A program made the position numbers and the translations under genes. A stretch of 64,000 bases of DNA from Squalus acanthias (lineage: Eukaryota). Where the stretch lies: positions 113,958,001 through 114,022,000 of the forward strand of contig CM059432.1 in assembly GCA_030390025.1 (NCBI GenBank), given 5' to 3'. Under the pieces are notes generated by a model. It made no database searches and was not told where the DNA came from. It saw only the letters and a program-made list of their open reading frames with translations. Positions 12,273 through 24,717 of the stretch are shown here, piece after piece (the stretch's first letter is position 1; each line of letters begins with the position of its first letter).

Positions 12273-12657
12273 CAAATCTAGGCTGACACTTCAGTGCAGT
12301 GCTGAGGAAGTGCTGCACTGTCGGAGGTGCCATCTTTTGGATGAGACGTTAAACCGAGGCCCCGTCTGCCCTCTCAGCTGGACGTAAAATATCCCATGGC
12401 ACTATTTCAAAGAAGAGGAGGGAAGTTATCCCCGGTGTCCTGGCCAATATTTATCCCTCAGTCAACATCACTAAAACAGATTATCTGATCATTGTCACAT
12501 TGCTGTTTGTGGGATCTTGCTATGTGCAAATTAGCTGCCTCATTTCCTACATTACAACAGTGACTACACTTAAAGTACTTAATTGGCTGTAAAGCGCTTT
12601 GGGATAGCCTGAGGTTGTGAAAGGAGTTGTATAAATGCAAATCTTCTTTTTCTTTTT
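12273..12657 (+). mobile_element. Deu-domain SINE, 5'-truncated
   Basis: Deu core GCTGCACTGTCGGAGGTGCCATCTTTTGGATGAGACGTTAAACCGAGG and an ATAAATGCAAAT tail. Confidence 0.8.
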
Positions 12658-12659
12658 AG

Positions 12660-13790
12660 GATGCATCCCATCTAGACTTGGTGACTTTTCTACTTTGAGT
12701 ATTGCCAACCTTTTACGTACCTCCTCTTCATCTATTTTTATCCTATCCAATATCGCTACTACCTCCTTTACTGCTACATTGGCAGCATCTTCTTCTCTAG
12801 TGAAGACAGATGCAAAGTATTCATTTAGTACCTCAGCCATGCCCTCTGCCGCCACAAGATGATCTCCTTTTTGGCCCCTAATCGGCCCCACCTTTCCTTT
12901 GACTACCCTTTTACTATTTATATGTTTATAAAAGACTTTTGGGTTCCCTTTTATATTAGCCACTAATCTATTCTCGTACTCTCTCTTTGCTCTCTTATTC
13001 CCTTTTTTAGATCTCCTCTGTATTTTCTATATTCAGCTTGGTTCTCTACTGTAATATGAACCTTACAATTGTCATAAGCCTCCTTTACCTGTCTCATTTT
13101 AATCTCTATTTCTTTTCTTATTAGGGAGCTGTAGCTTTCATTGCTCTTCCTCACCCCCTCCTGGAAATGTGGCTCTCTGTACCCAAACCATATTCTCTTT
13201 GAAGGCCTCCATTGTTCAATTACTGTTGCCTACCAATTTTTGATTCCAATCCACCTCAGCCAGATCCCTTTTCAACTTACATAAATTAGCCCTCCTCCAG
13301 TTAAGAATTTTTATGCTTGATTGTTCCTTGCACTTTCCCATAGCTATTCTAAATGTGATGATATTATGATCACTGTTCCCCAAAAGCGCCCCCACTGAAA
13401 CATGCTCCACTTGCCCTACTTCATTCCCCAGAACTAGATCCAGCACTGCTTCCTTCCTCGTTGGGCTGGAAACACACTGATCAAGAAAGTTCTCTTGTAC
13501 ATATTTCAGGAATTCCTCCCCCTCCTTTCCCTTTATACTATTACTATCCCAGTCTATATTAGGATAATTGAAGTCCCCCATTATCACTACTCTGCAGTTC
13601 TTGCATCTTTCTGTAATTTTCCTGCAAATTTGCTCCTCTATTTCCTTCCCACTATTTGGTGGCCTATAGTATACACCCAGTAGTGTAATAGCTCCTCTAT
13701 TGTTCCTTAATTCTAACCAAATAGATTCTGTCTTTGAACCCTCAACTACATCATCCCTACTATAATAGTTTTTTGATCAATACTGCCAAG
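12660..13790 (-). mobile_element. CR1 ORF2 fragment (endonuclease and linker), frameshifted
   Basis: IMGDFNYPNIDW, GNSDHNII, NPKVFYKHI and KSPSLDGMHP. Confidence 0.85.
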
Positions 13791-14133
13791 TTTTGACAAT
13801 GCCGGAAAAGCCTAATATGACCAGCAGTTAGACCGTACCTACCCTCCTTCCCTGGAGTACTACTGTCACAGAATTGATACTGGGGTTTTCTGCACTGGCC
13901 AGCCTGTAATTTCTCCCCTTCCCCCTCACTTTAATGCATAGAAAATTGCAGGCTGGCGAATGCAGAAGCAGAATATCCCAGTCATTCTACTCTTTCCCAT
14001 TGGTAACGCTCACATAAAAGGATCACATATCAAGTCATTACACGCATAGTTATAAAGTGCTGCTATACAATTTGAACTTCAAAAGTTAACCAAAATTGCG
14101 TTTTTATGTTAAAGAAAAAGTATATATACTTAC

Positions 14134-15162
14134 AGCAAATTTCATATTCATGGTAATGTTTATTGTAGGCAGTTGGTCTAGGTGATGTCTTATTGAAGAA
14201 ATAAGTAAGAATAGTCCATAATCCAGTATTATGATTATTGCCCAAATACACACATTACTGAAGATGGGAACAAAGAATCTTGTCATCATTTTCCATTCCC
14301 TTTCTGATAAACACAGTGCTGGGATCTTTATAAAGCATTTCTTCTCTTTCCTGGTTAGTTGGAGCAGATGAGGCTTACCTTGTTCTTTCTGCTTCTCATC
14401 AAACTGCAGGAATTGATTTGTGACAAATATGTTTTCAAACTTTATGTTGGTGAAATACCTTTTGATATAGAACCAAGTGAATATTAGCACCAGTAAGACA
14501 CCCATTATGGCCATAACACTTCTACAAACTCGGGAAAATGTGTCAAATGTTGAAATGATACGATTAGCCAGAGTCTCCAAGTTAATTCTGGTTGCATTGA
14601 GGTTTCTTTTTAAATCATCATCTTCTATGCTGTGTTTTATCTTAAACTCATCCTTAATCTTTACAAAGTGACTTCCTGGTATTTTGGGGATTTGTTGGTG
14701 AATCCAACGAATAACTTCAATGTACTTTGCCAAGAGATCTCTGATGGACGGGAGCATGTCCTCCAGGTAGCAGACTAAACTTTCCACTAAACCACTTAAA
14801 TTGTGAAAGCTGTTTTGGGCACAGTTAAAGAGCACCACACCGGTGCCTGCTGTTATCAGAGCGTTGCGGCCTTGTTGTGTTCCACATGAAATGAGGAATA
14901 TCAGAGTGAAGCATCTGAGATACTTTGAAAGAAACAAAGCTGCAGGAGTGACGGCAGCAAAGATCCCACACACCGCCAGAGCCACTGAGAGGCTGCATTG
15001 TAATGCTCGCAAGCTGACATAGAGGATGCCACTGGCCCCCAGTCCCATCAGAAGACAAAGTGAGATCAGGCACAGAATGTTCTTCAAACTGGACTTTCGT
15101 TCTGATGCAAACAGCTCAAAGAGCCTTCCAAAAAATTGAGCAGCAATCTTGAGAATGACCAT
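14134..15162 (-). CDS. DCSTAMP: DC-STAMP (dendrocyte expressed seven transmembrane protein), first coding exon, 343 codons
   Basis: Motifs SKYLRCF..FLISCG..QGRNALITAGTG, KYIEVIRWI, FENIFVTNQFLQFDEKQK and CIWAIIIILDYGL match the DC-STAMP family as I recall it. ATG at 15162; phase-0 donor GCT|GTAAGT at 14134/14133; AG acceptors lie just upstream of the ATG. Confidence 0.93.
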
Positions 15163-16239
15163 TTTAATTTTGATAGCTTCTTTTCTACAATTGGAGAAAC
15201 TGAAATCAAATAAAATATTCACAGTTATCATTTAAAGAGCAAGGGATGAATGCATTAACATCTTGTTAAATGGGCACTGGCTAACTTAGAGTAGTGCTAG
15301 TATGCATCAAGTTCAAAACCAGAGACATTTCCTCCAGCTCCCGCTCAGCTATCTATCATTATATAGCATGATAATTGGATTAATAGTTAGGAACAGGCAG
15401 GTCGAGGGAATGTAGTTCTGAGTTTTACCTTCCATGCTGTGACACTAAAGCAAACCCTAACATTACAGTAAAAAACCTACTCAAGTATTTCAACTGCAAT
15501 ATTATTAACCTAATATAACTAACATTTAGAAATAAATAAGTAAAATAAGAAGTTTAAGCACATTTCTCTTTCTCTTTTTCATTATTTATTATTTCCAAAT
15601 TAATATAACACCCATAATAGACTGGGGGAGGAATTCAACTCATAGCTGCCTGTTTTGTGCCTGAAAAATAGTCGGCCAGGATTGAAAATCAGGGGTGCAC
15701 CTCAGTCGCCCCATTAATGTCCAAGGCCCGCCTGATGCCATATTCAGGTGATACAGATCAACCATGATCTAATTGAATGGCGAAACAGGCTCGAGGGGCT
15801 GAGTGGCCTACTCCTGTTCCTATGTTCCGAGAATGGCTTATCAGCCCTAAAGTTGGGAAATTCCACTCTGAACACAAAGGGGGAGAAATTCAGTATCTCC
15901 CCGTTTGGGGCGCGATTATCGGCCGGGCGCAAAGTTTAGCGCCTGGCGCTAATTATCGCCTCTGACTGCAAACTTGGCTTTTATCACCCCTGGAGGTGAT
16001 TGGAGCGCTAAATCAGGCGCTGCACACCTGTCTTAAGGTGCAAAGGCCGAGGAGCGAGGCGCTAACTCAGAGCGCGGGCGCAGCGCAGGTGATGTCAGTT
16101 AGCGATGGAACACAGACACACTGGCGCCAGACAGTTCTTAAAGGGGAGGGTCGATCTTGCTCTCCAGCCACACCCTGCTCATTGGAACCTTGAATCTCGG
16201 CCTCTAGAGACCTGGGACTACATTTTCCAGCCAAGGACT

Positions 16240-18167
16240 ATGGAGAGGGTGAGAGAACGAGCTCAGCGCTTCAGCGAACGGGCCTTGGAGGCTCTGGTTG
16301 GCGCGATGGAGCGCAGAAGATCAATACTCTTCCCTGAGAGTGGCAGGAGGCCTTTGCCACGCGACTACAGAAGAGTGTGGAGGGAGGTGGCACAGAGCGT
16401 CTCCTCCAGGAGCATGGTGCCCAGGACCCATACTCAATGTCGCAAAAAGTTCAACGACCTCACTCGGGTCATCAGGGTGAGTGGCTTTTTTTCAATACCT
16501 CGCCATCCCTCCATCTCAACCTCACTCTATGGCCAGAGGGTCTTAAAACCCCAATGCCCAACACTCATCCAACACCTATGGCCCTCTCATGAAACACACA
16601 CGCACATTCCACATCTTGCATACAGTAACAGCTATTCAACTATGGGAGGCACATCAGGCAAGACCATGGCTGCTTACATTAAGGGCTATTCAACTGTGGG
16701 AGGCACATCAGGCGAGACCATGGCTGCTTACATTAAGGGCTATTCAACTATGGGAGGCACATCAGGCAAGACCATGGCTGCATACAGTAAGGGCTACTCA
16801 ACTATGGGAGGCACATCAGGCAAGACCATGGCTGTATATCTACTCTGACGCCATCCTTTTGCTTGCAGGCCAAGCTATCTCATAATAGGAGACAGCAGCA
16901 ACGGACGGGAGGAGGGCGGCCTCAGCTGCAACGCCTCAGCGATCTTGAGGCACGCGTCCACAGGATTGTGGCAAGCCAGGTGATCGGTCCCGTTGCCCCT
17001 GGAGAGGCCGACCCCGTTCTGGACAGCAATGGTAAGGTCATCACCTTTCTCTCCTCTCTCATTCCACTTGTCCCTCACAACACCAGCCTTTGACACTTTC
17101 AATCCAACTTACTAAATCGCTCCACTCCTTCCTCCCTTACTGCCACCCTGTCCTCACGCTAAAGCCACTCTTGTACCTCCCTGATTTCAGATGGTGATTC
17201 ACCAGCTGAGGAGACGGGCCCTCAAGCTGCCAGTGGGAGTGAAGCTGCAGGCGAGGAGAAAGTGGAAGCCGGAGCATCAGCGCCACCCTCTCCCGAGGAA
17301 GCCCATGCCCACACTGGGACCACGTCTTCCCTGGAAGGGAGCAGGGGGGAAGGGTCTGCTGAGGGTGAAACTCCAGGACCCAGCGGGCTGCAGCAACGCC
17401 ATGGGGGTAGGGAAGCTCGGGGGCCTTCTCCCCGGAGGGAGAGTATGCCAGTGAGTCCTGCTGCACTGGACGCAGAGGAGGAGCGGCTCATCGCTGAAAT
17501 GAACACCCAGGTGGTGGACATGCACACTCAGCTCATGGGTGCAGTGGGAAGGGTGCCCGAATGCATTGATGCACTGGCAAGGAGTGTGGAGCACTTCGCT
17601 GTAGCACAGGCGGATGCCACGCTGAAGCTTAGTGCTGCAATTCAGTCACTGGCTGCCGTGATCCCATCTCAGACTGGTCTCATGCAGACTCAGATTGAGG
17701 TCACGCAAGCACTGACTGCTGCCATTCTCGCTGGTTCTGACACATTTCCCCGGGCCTCTCACCGCGCCGCAGCAGGCCAGCAATCTGTGCTCCAGCAGAT
17801 TGCAACGGATGCTGAAGTGCTGCCCCGTGGGAGTGCCAGTGTGTCGGTCGAGCAGGGAGTTGCTGTCCTCTCTCAAAATGACAGCATTCCTGCTGCCACC
17901 ACTGTCACTTCCCCATTGCACTTGCCACCGCCTGTAGCCCAGACTGCTGCCGCCCATGCAGAGTTGGTGCATTCTGCAGCCGGGCCCTCCAGGCCCAGAG
18001 CTGGTCGAGGCCGTCCTTCAAGGGCATCTGCAGTCTCAGGTTCTGACAATCAGCAGCCTTCCACCAGCCTTGCTGCAGCCACTGGGGTCCCATTACGGAG
18101 GAGCAGTAGGGTGGGAAGGGGGGAAGTGCGCAAGGGAAGGAGATCACCCTCAAAGGGCAAAAAGTAG
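16240..18167 (+). CDS. Harbinger Myb/SANT-like DNA-binding protein; spliced exons 16240-16476, 16869-17031 and 17191-18167; 458 aa
   Basis: RFSERALEALV..WREVA..RTHTQCRKKFNDL and RTGGG motifs. GT-AG introns in phase 0 and phase 1 give an uninterrupted 1377-nt frame. Confidence 0.85.
16617..16834 (+). repeat. 54-bp minisatellite, about 4 copies, in intron 1 of the Myb/SANT gene
   Basis: GCTA(T/C)TCAAC recurs at 16631, 16685, 16739 and 16793. Confidence 0.95.
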
Positions 18168-18250
18168 GAGGTGTGACGAAATGTTGGTCAATTTTTTATT
18201 AAAGGTCGAGGTTCTCGTTCAAACTTTTGTTTAGTATTTTGGACATTAAT

Positions 18251-18993
18251 GGGCCAAAAATTCATCCCGGTGCGCGAGAGTACGCACTGTGTACTCTCGC
18301 GTATTCCCTCTGCAATTGCCGGTTTTCTGCATGCCCTGCGCATGCGCTGAAAACCGGCAATTGCTCTTTTGAAAAGGGGGCGGTTCCTCGGTGCATCGCG
18401 TGCGCGCTACAGGCTGCGCGCACGCTGTGCACTTCATGCTTTGGACGCGCAGGTAAGTACTGAAGATTTTAGAAATGGAAAAAGGAGGAGTAAGACCCAC
18501 TTTTAACAAGGTAAGTAGTGAATTAAGTATTTTTTTGAATTTTTTTTAACAGGTATATCTTTTTTAGAGACTTTAAAGACAGGTAAGTTTATTTTTATAA
18601 CTTTTTAAAAGATTTTAAATTTTTTCAAAAATTTAATTTTTTATTTAAAATGGTTAATTTATTTAACTATACTTATTTTATTAATGTGATGGTTTTTTTT
18701 TAAATTTAATTGAGGTTTAGCTGTTATTTAGGGGGGGTGGAAGATTCATAGATTTCACAGCACGTCTGTAAAACTTATGAATGGAAGATGGTGTGCTGCC
18801 ATTGGCTCTAACTGAGTCACGTGATCCCACAGCTCGCACGAATTCACTACGCCGGTGGGATACGCAAGCACTGCCCGGCTGATGTCTGGAACATCAAGTT
18901 CGTGCGAGCTGGATCTGAAAAAGCACAAGCGGAGTGAGAGATCGCGGGGAAGGTTTACCCCCGCGGGAACAGAGCGAGATCAATTTCTGGGCC
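18251..18993. mobile_element. MITE nested between the two Harbinger genes
   Basis: Ends GGGCCAAAAATTCATCCCG and (reverse complement) GGCCCAGAAATTGATCTCG; CpG-rich arms with an AT-rich core; TSD unclear. Confidence 0.55.
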
Positions 18994-19227
18994 ATTATCT
19001 CCAGGTTGTGAGAACCAGTTATGTTAATGAATGATTTTTTGTGTTTGTTTCTATTTGTTTGTCATGAAGAAATGACACACACAGAGTTTGTAAAATAAAT
19101 AAGTTTTTGTATTCAAAATGTACATGTTTGGTCTTTGGAATCATTGCTGCCTTGGCCGGCTTACGGGTTGCGGGTTGGTTTCATTCATGTTGTTCTCCAT
19201 GGCAGAAGCCATTTCCTCAGCAGGGGC

Positions 19228-20345
19228 CTAGAAGCGGCTTGTTATCAGCCGTTGACGGACAGCCCTTGCAGTTTCAACATTGTGGGCTGCCCTCCCGTCT
19301 TGGTGCTGCTGGTGATCTTCCTCCTCCTCTTCCTCCTCCTCCTCCGGTGGTGCTCCAAGGCCTGGTGTCATTGGCTGGGTCCTGAGGATTGCCAGGTTAT
19401 GCAGCATGCAGCACACAACTATGAAGTGGGAGACTCGCTCAGGCGAGTACTGCAGGGCTCCTCCTGAGTGGTCCAGACAGCGGAACCGTTGCTTGAGCAC
19501 GCCGATCGTCTGCTCAACGATGTTCCTGGTGGCGAGATGGCTCTTGTTGTACCGCAGCTCAGCAGGGGTGTTGGGGTTACGGAGCGGTGTCATCAGCCAG
19601 GTGCACAGTGGATAACCCTTGTCCCCGAGGAGCCAACCACCTGGCTGATGCGGTGCCTGGAAAAGTTCTGGCACACCAGTCTGGTGCAGGATGAATGCAT
19701 TGTGGCTGCTGCCAGAATAGCGGGCATTGACAGCGAGTATCAGCTGTCTGTGGTCACAGACCAACTGGACGTTTAAGGAGTGGAACCCCTTGCGGTTGCG
19801 GAAATCCTCTGCATTCTCATGCGGTGCACGCAATGCCACATGTGTGCAGTCAATGGCGCTCACAAAGCCCAATGCGTGTTCATGCTGTTTGGCCCGGGTC
19901 ATTGGGAAAGAGATGTACTGGCGTCTCCTTTTATAGAGGGCATTTGTGACCTGTCGGATGCAGCAATGGACTGCAAACTGGGAGATATTGGCGATGTCCC
20001 CAGTAGCTGCTTGAAAGGAGCCGGTGGCATAAAAGTTCAGAGCCACTGTGACCTCCACTGCCACCGACACGTCCTAGTCCTCAGTAGAGGCTGCAGATCT
20101 GGCTGCAGCAGGTAGCAGAGCTCAGTGACCACCTCCTTGCTGAAGCGCAGCCTGCGCAAACACCGCTCCTCAGACAAATTAATGTAGGAGAATTGTTGCC
20201 AAAATACCCTGGGAGGGTAAGGTCTCCTGTACAGAGGCCTGTTGGCCCTCCTCTGTCTGGCCATGATTGCCACTCGCTCTCTGCGTCTATGTTGCATCCG
20301 AATCTGCAGTCGCAAGACGACGCCCCGAATCAGTGCAGCCCCCAT
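19228..20345 (-). pseudogene. HARBI1-like DDE transposase, disrupted
   Basis: AIDCTHV, NRKGFHSLNVQ, GDKGYP and VEQTIGVLKQRFRCL. Frameshift near 20070, a short deletion before IDCTH, and HN where the copy at 36.7 kb has HD. Confidence 0.9.
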
Positions 20346-21524
20346 ACTCTCTTGGTAATCAATGTAATGAAGGCCAAAATCTAAAAGTACCTGTAAAGTG
20401 ATGCTCAGTAGCCAAAACTACTTCACACAGCGTTGACTCTATGCAGAAGTCTCTCTCCTCTCTCTCAGAATCTCTCTCTGTCAGAATGAGTGGTGCAAAA
20501 ATGTCTAACACAGAAAAAGCCAGGAAGAGGCCGCCTTTAAATAGCGCCCCCCCCAGCCCCTCACCGACTGAGTAACGTTCCAGTCTACCTGTCGTTGCTT
20601 GCACCAGGCGGAAAGGAGGGGGGCGCCACTCAATATCCAGTCAGGGGCGCCACAAGGGCGTTGCACGCTCGACTGACGTCAAGATCTGTGGGCGCAGGAG
20701 ATCGGGGCGGTATTTAACGCCGCCGCAAAATGTCTGGTCAATTTCGCGAGCGGCGCAGACATCGCCGCGCCCGGGCGCTAGTTGCTTTGTGCCCCATTAG
20801 CGCCCTCTTAAGGCGCTAACGGGAGGCGCAAAGCAACCGAATTTTTCCCTCAAAGTATCCTAATTTAAGGACTACTTTGTCTTTGGGATTGCAGCATAAT
20901 TTCACCTAGATAAATTAACTGCAGTATAGCAAGAATTAAATTTGACTCACTTTTGAAATTAAGATATAAAATACGTGTTATTTTCTAATAATCATGTGCC
21001 AATTATTACTTGTCAACCATTCAGTGATTGCATCGCATTCGGTAATTCTGCACTGTGTAAGTCATCGTGTATTAACTATATGGACCATCCTGTCTTGCAC
21101 TGTTTGCTGTGACACCTGCCACTAGCAAACAAAGAAGCCTAAAAGGAATGGAACTGTCACTAGCACAGTCGTGGAAGTAATTGATACATGGGAGTGATTC
21201 TGATGTTCTCAGGCTACAGATGAGAGTTGTGAACTGCTCGAGTGTCTGTCTCGCAATTCATAATGTTGTCTGATGAGATAATGGCTACTGGTTGTACTTT
21301 ATTGTTTAGGTAATGTATGAACGGATGATTACAATAATCAGATCACATGAGGGAGTAGCCTACAGAGGTAAGCAGATCTTAGTAATTAGAAACAGGATTA
21401 ATGACATCAGAGAATAATAGATATGTTTATTCTAGTCTGACACCAAAACCCATGATTTACGAGGGTAAAACAAAATAAATAGTCTCAAATAGGATTAGCA
21501 TGTGATTTCAAGGATTTATGTGGT

Positions 21525-21930
21525 ATGGTAGTGTAGTGGTTATCTTAGTGGCTTAGTTAATCCAGAGAACGGGAGTTCAAATCCTACCATGGCAGTTTGA
21601 GAATTTGAATTAAATGTTTTAAAAATCTGGAAATAAAAAGCTGGTGTCAGTAAAAGTGACCATGAAGCTGCTGGATTGTCGTAAAAAAAAAAACAACGGG
21701 TTCATTAATGTCCTTTAGGGAAGGAAACCTGCTGTCCTTACCTGGTCTGGCCTATACTTGACTCCAGTCCCACACCAACGTGATTGACTCTGAACTGCCC
21801 TGTGAAACAGCCTAGCAAGCCACTCCATTGTATCAAACCACTACCACCACCACATTCTCAGGGCAACTAGGGATGGGCAATAAATGCTGCCCTTGCCAGC
21901 GACACCCACATTCTGAGGAAGAATTTAAAA
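21525..21930 (+). mobile_element. tRNA-derived SINE (same family as 44717-45120)
   Basis: A/B-box-like head TAGTGTAGTGG..GAGTTCAAATCC; shared body and AATAAATGCTG tail. Confidence 0.7.
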
Positions 21931-22445
21931 AATGATAAATGGTACCGTTTAGTAAATACAGTATTGGACCAAAATTTTTAAAATGGCATAATATTATTTG
22001 AGATTGCTAAGTTTTTTTATATTTTCAATTAAGAATTGTTTGAGACAAATTGTATTGATACAATTTGTTTTTAAGAAAAACAGGAAAGAATGAACTGAAG
22101 CAAGACCTGAATCTGATCAGTCGGTCTCACTTCACCAGTGCAGACACCTTCCCCTATAGCTTAACTATTGTGTACACTGCCCAACATGGAACATAGCCAT
22201 ACAGAACAGGAAGATCCCAGATTTAATACCCACTGTTTTTTGGGTCAGCCAATCTCAGCCAGGGTGACAATATGGCTGTTACAGTTAGCCTCAGGATCTC
22301 TGGGCTAAGGAGGGAAAACTGGGCAACAACACCAACAACAACAACTTGTATTTATATGATGTGGAGATGCCGGCGTTGGACTGGGGTGGACAAAAATGAG
22401 AAGTCGCACAACACCAGGTTATAGTCCAACAGATTTATTTAAAAT

Positions 22446-22481
22446 TACAAGCTTTCGGAGCTGTCGCCCCTTCCTCAGGTA
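22446..22481 (-). ncRNA. Minimal type I hammerhead ribozyme motif (copy 1)
   Basis: Reverse complement reads TAC-CTGAGGA-A-GGGGC-GACA-GCTCC-GAAA-GCT-T-GTA. Confidence 0.75.
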
Positions 22482-24593
22482 GAGTTACTGTGAGACAATC
22501 TACCAGAATTCACAGAATATAAACACAGAGAAAATGCGATTCAATCTATCCCTACATCAAAGACACACTAAGAGCACAGCCAAGACAATGAGATGTGTCC
22601 CAGGGGGTCCAACGTGTCAAAACACCTGCTGGCTGCATATCCTCTCCATTTGGGTTTGTTTCTTGTGTTTGTTTCTTGTGTTTGTTTTTTTAAAAAGCTG
22701 GAAAGACCGGCAACGATGTCAAGTCACGTTCTGTATCGTGACATGAACCCGATATCCGGATTGAGGCCGTCCTCATGAGTGCGGAACTTGGCTATCAGTT
22801 TCTGCTCGATGATTTTGCGTTGTCGTGTATCCCAAAGGCCGCCTTGGAGAACGCTAACCCGCAGATCCGAAGCTGAATGCCCTTGACTGCTGAAGTGTTC
22901 CCCGACTGGGAGGCAACCCTCCTGCCTGGCGATTGTTGCGCGGTGTCCGTTCATACGTTGTCTCAGTGTCTGCATGGTCTCGCCGATGTACCATGCTCTG
23001 GGGCATCCTTTACTGCAACGTATCAGGTAGACAACATTGGCCGAGTCACATGAGTATGTACCATGTACCTGGTGGGTAGTGTCCTCACGTGTGATGACGG
23101 TATCTGTGTCCATGATCTGGCATGTCTTGCAGAGGTTGCCGTGGCAGGGTTGTGTGGTGTCGTGGTCGCTGTTCTCCTGAAATCTGGGTAATTTGCTGCG
23201 AACGATGGTACTTTTGAGGTTAGGCGGCTGCTTGAAGGCGAGTAGTGGAGGCGTGGGGATGGCCTTAGCAAGGTGTTCGTCGTCATCGATGACATGTTGA
23301 AGGCTGCGAAGAACATGGCGTAGTTTCTCCTCTCCGGGGAAGTACTGGACGATGTAGGGTACTCTGTTGGTTGTGTCCCGTGTTCGTCTTCTGAGGAGGT
23401 CTATGCGGTTTTTCGCTGTGGCCCGTCGGAACTGTCGATCGACGAGTCGAGCGTCATATCCCGTTCTTACGAGGGCGTCTTTCAGTGTCCGTAGGTGTCC
23501 ATCGCGTTCCTCCTCGCCTGAGCAGATCCTGTGTATTCGCAGGGCTTGTCCATAGGGGATGGCTTCTTTAACGTGGTTAGGCTGGAAGCTGGAGAAGTGG
23601 AGCATCGTGAGGTTGTCCGTGGGCTTGCGGTAGAGTGAAGTGCTGAGGCGTCCGTCTTTGATGGAGATTCGTGTGTCCAAGAATGAAACCGATTCTGAGG
23701 AGTAGTCCATGGTGAGTTTGATGGTGGGATGGAACCTGTTGATGCTATCGTGTAGTCCTTTCAGTGGTCCCTGGTCAACATGTCATCGGTGACGACGAAC
23801 ACCTTGCTAAGGCCATCCCCATGCCTCCACTACTCGCCTTCAAGCAGCCGCCTAACCTCAAAAGTACCATCGTTCGCAGCAAATTACCCAGCTTTCAGGA
23901 GAACAGCGACCACGACACCACACAACCCTGCCACGGCAACCTCTGCAAGACATGCCAGATCATGGACACAGATACCGTCATCACACGTGAGGACACTACC
24001 CACCAGGTACATGGTACATACTCATGTGACTCGGCCAATGTTGTCTACCTGATACGTTGCAGTAAAGGATGCCCCAGAGCATGGTACATCGGCGAGACCA
24101 TGCAGACACTGAGACAACGTATGAACGGACACCGCGCAACAATCGCCAGGCAGGAGGGTTGCCTCCCAGTCGGGGAACACTTCAGCAGTCAAGGGCATTC
24201 AGCCTCGGATCTGCGGGTTAGCGTTCTCCAAGGCGGCCTTCGGGATACATGACAACGCAAAATCATCGAGCAGAAACTGATAGTCAAGTTCCACACTCAT
24301 GAGGACGGCCTCAATCGGGATATCGGGTTCATGTCACGATACAGAACGTGACTTGACATCGTTGCCGGTCTTTCCAGCTTTTTTAAAAAACAAACACAAG
24401 AAACAAACACAAGAAACAAATCCAAATGGAGAGGATATGCAGCCAGCAGGTGTTTTGACACGTTGGACCCCCTGGGACACATCTCATTGTCTTGGCTGTG
24501 CTCTTAGTGTGTCTTTGATGTAGGGATAGATTGAATCGCATTTTCTCTGTGTTTATATTCTGTGAATTCTGGTAGATTGTCTCACAGTAACTC

Positions 24594-24629
24594 TACCTGA
24601 GGAAGGGGCGACAGCTCCGAAAGCTTGTA
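24594..24629 (+). ncRNA. Minimal type I hammerhead ribozyme motif (copy 2)
   Basis: CUGANGA and GAAA core; stem I TAC/GTA; stem II GGGGC/GCTCC; palindromic AGCT stem III. Confidence 0.78.
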
Positions 24630-24717
24630 ATTTTAAATAAATCTGTTGGACTATAACCTGGTGTTGTGCGACTTCTCATTTTTGTCCACCCCAGTCCAAC
24701 GCCGGCATCTCCACATC

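Larger units (their letters stand above)
15879..20851. mobile_element. Full-length PIF/Harbinger DNA transposon (4973 bp), two convergent genes
   Basis: Imperfect TIRs GGGGGAGAAATTCAG and GAGGGAAAAATTCGG; AAA TSD at 15876-15878 and 20852-20854. Myb/SANT gene on +, DDE transposase on -. Confidence 0.92.

Noticed and set aside
14104..15231. 375-aa single-exon protein, or OCSTAMP
   Set aside because: The ORF runs through a splice acceptor region and a GTAAGT donor. Motifs and downstream exons fit DCSTAMP.
16617..16834. CRISPR-like array
   Set aside because: Head-to-tail 54-bp units with no unique spacers, in eukaryotic DNA.
16105..16848. 247-aa standalone protein with C-terminal repeats
   Set aside because: It is exon 1 of the Harbinger Myb gene read through into an intron containing a minisatellite.
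19228..20345. Domesticated host HARBI1 gene
   Set aside because: Disrupted, and enclosed by TIRs and a TSD with multiple relatives in the window.
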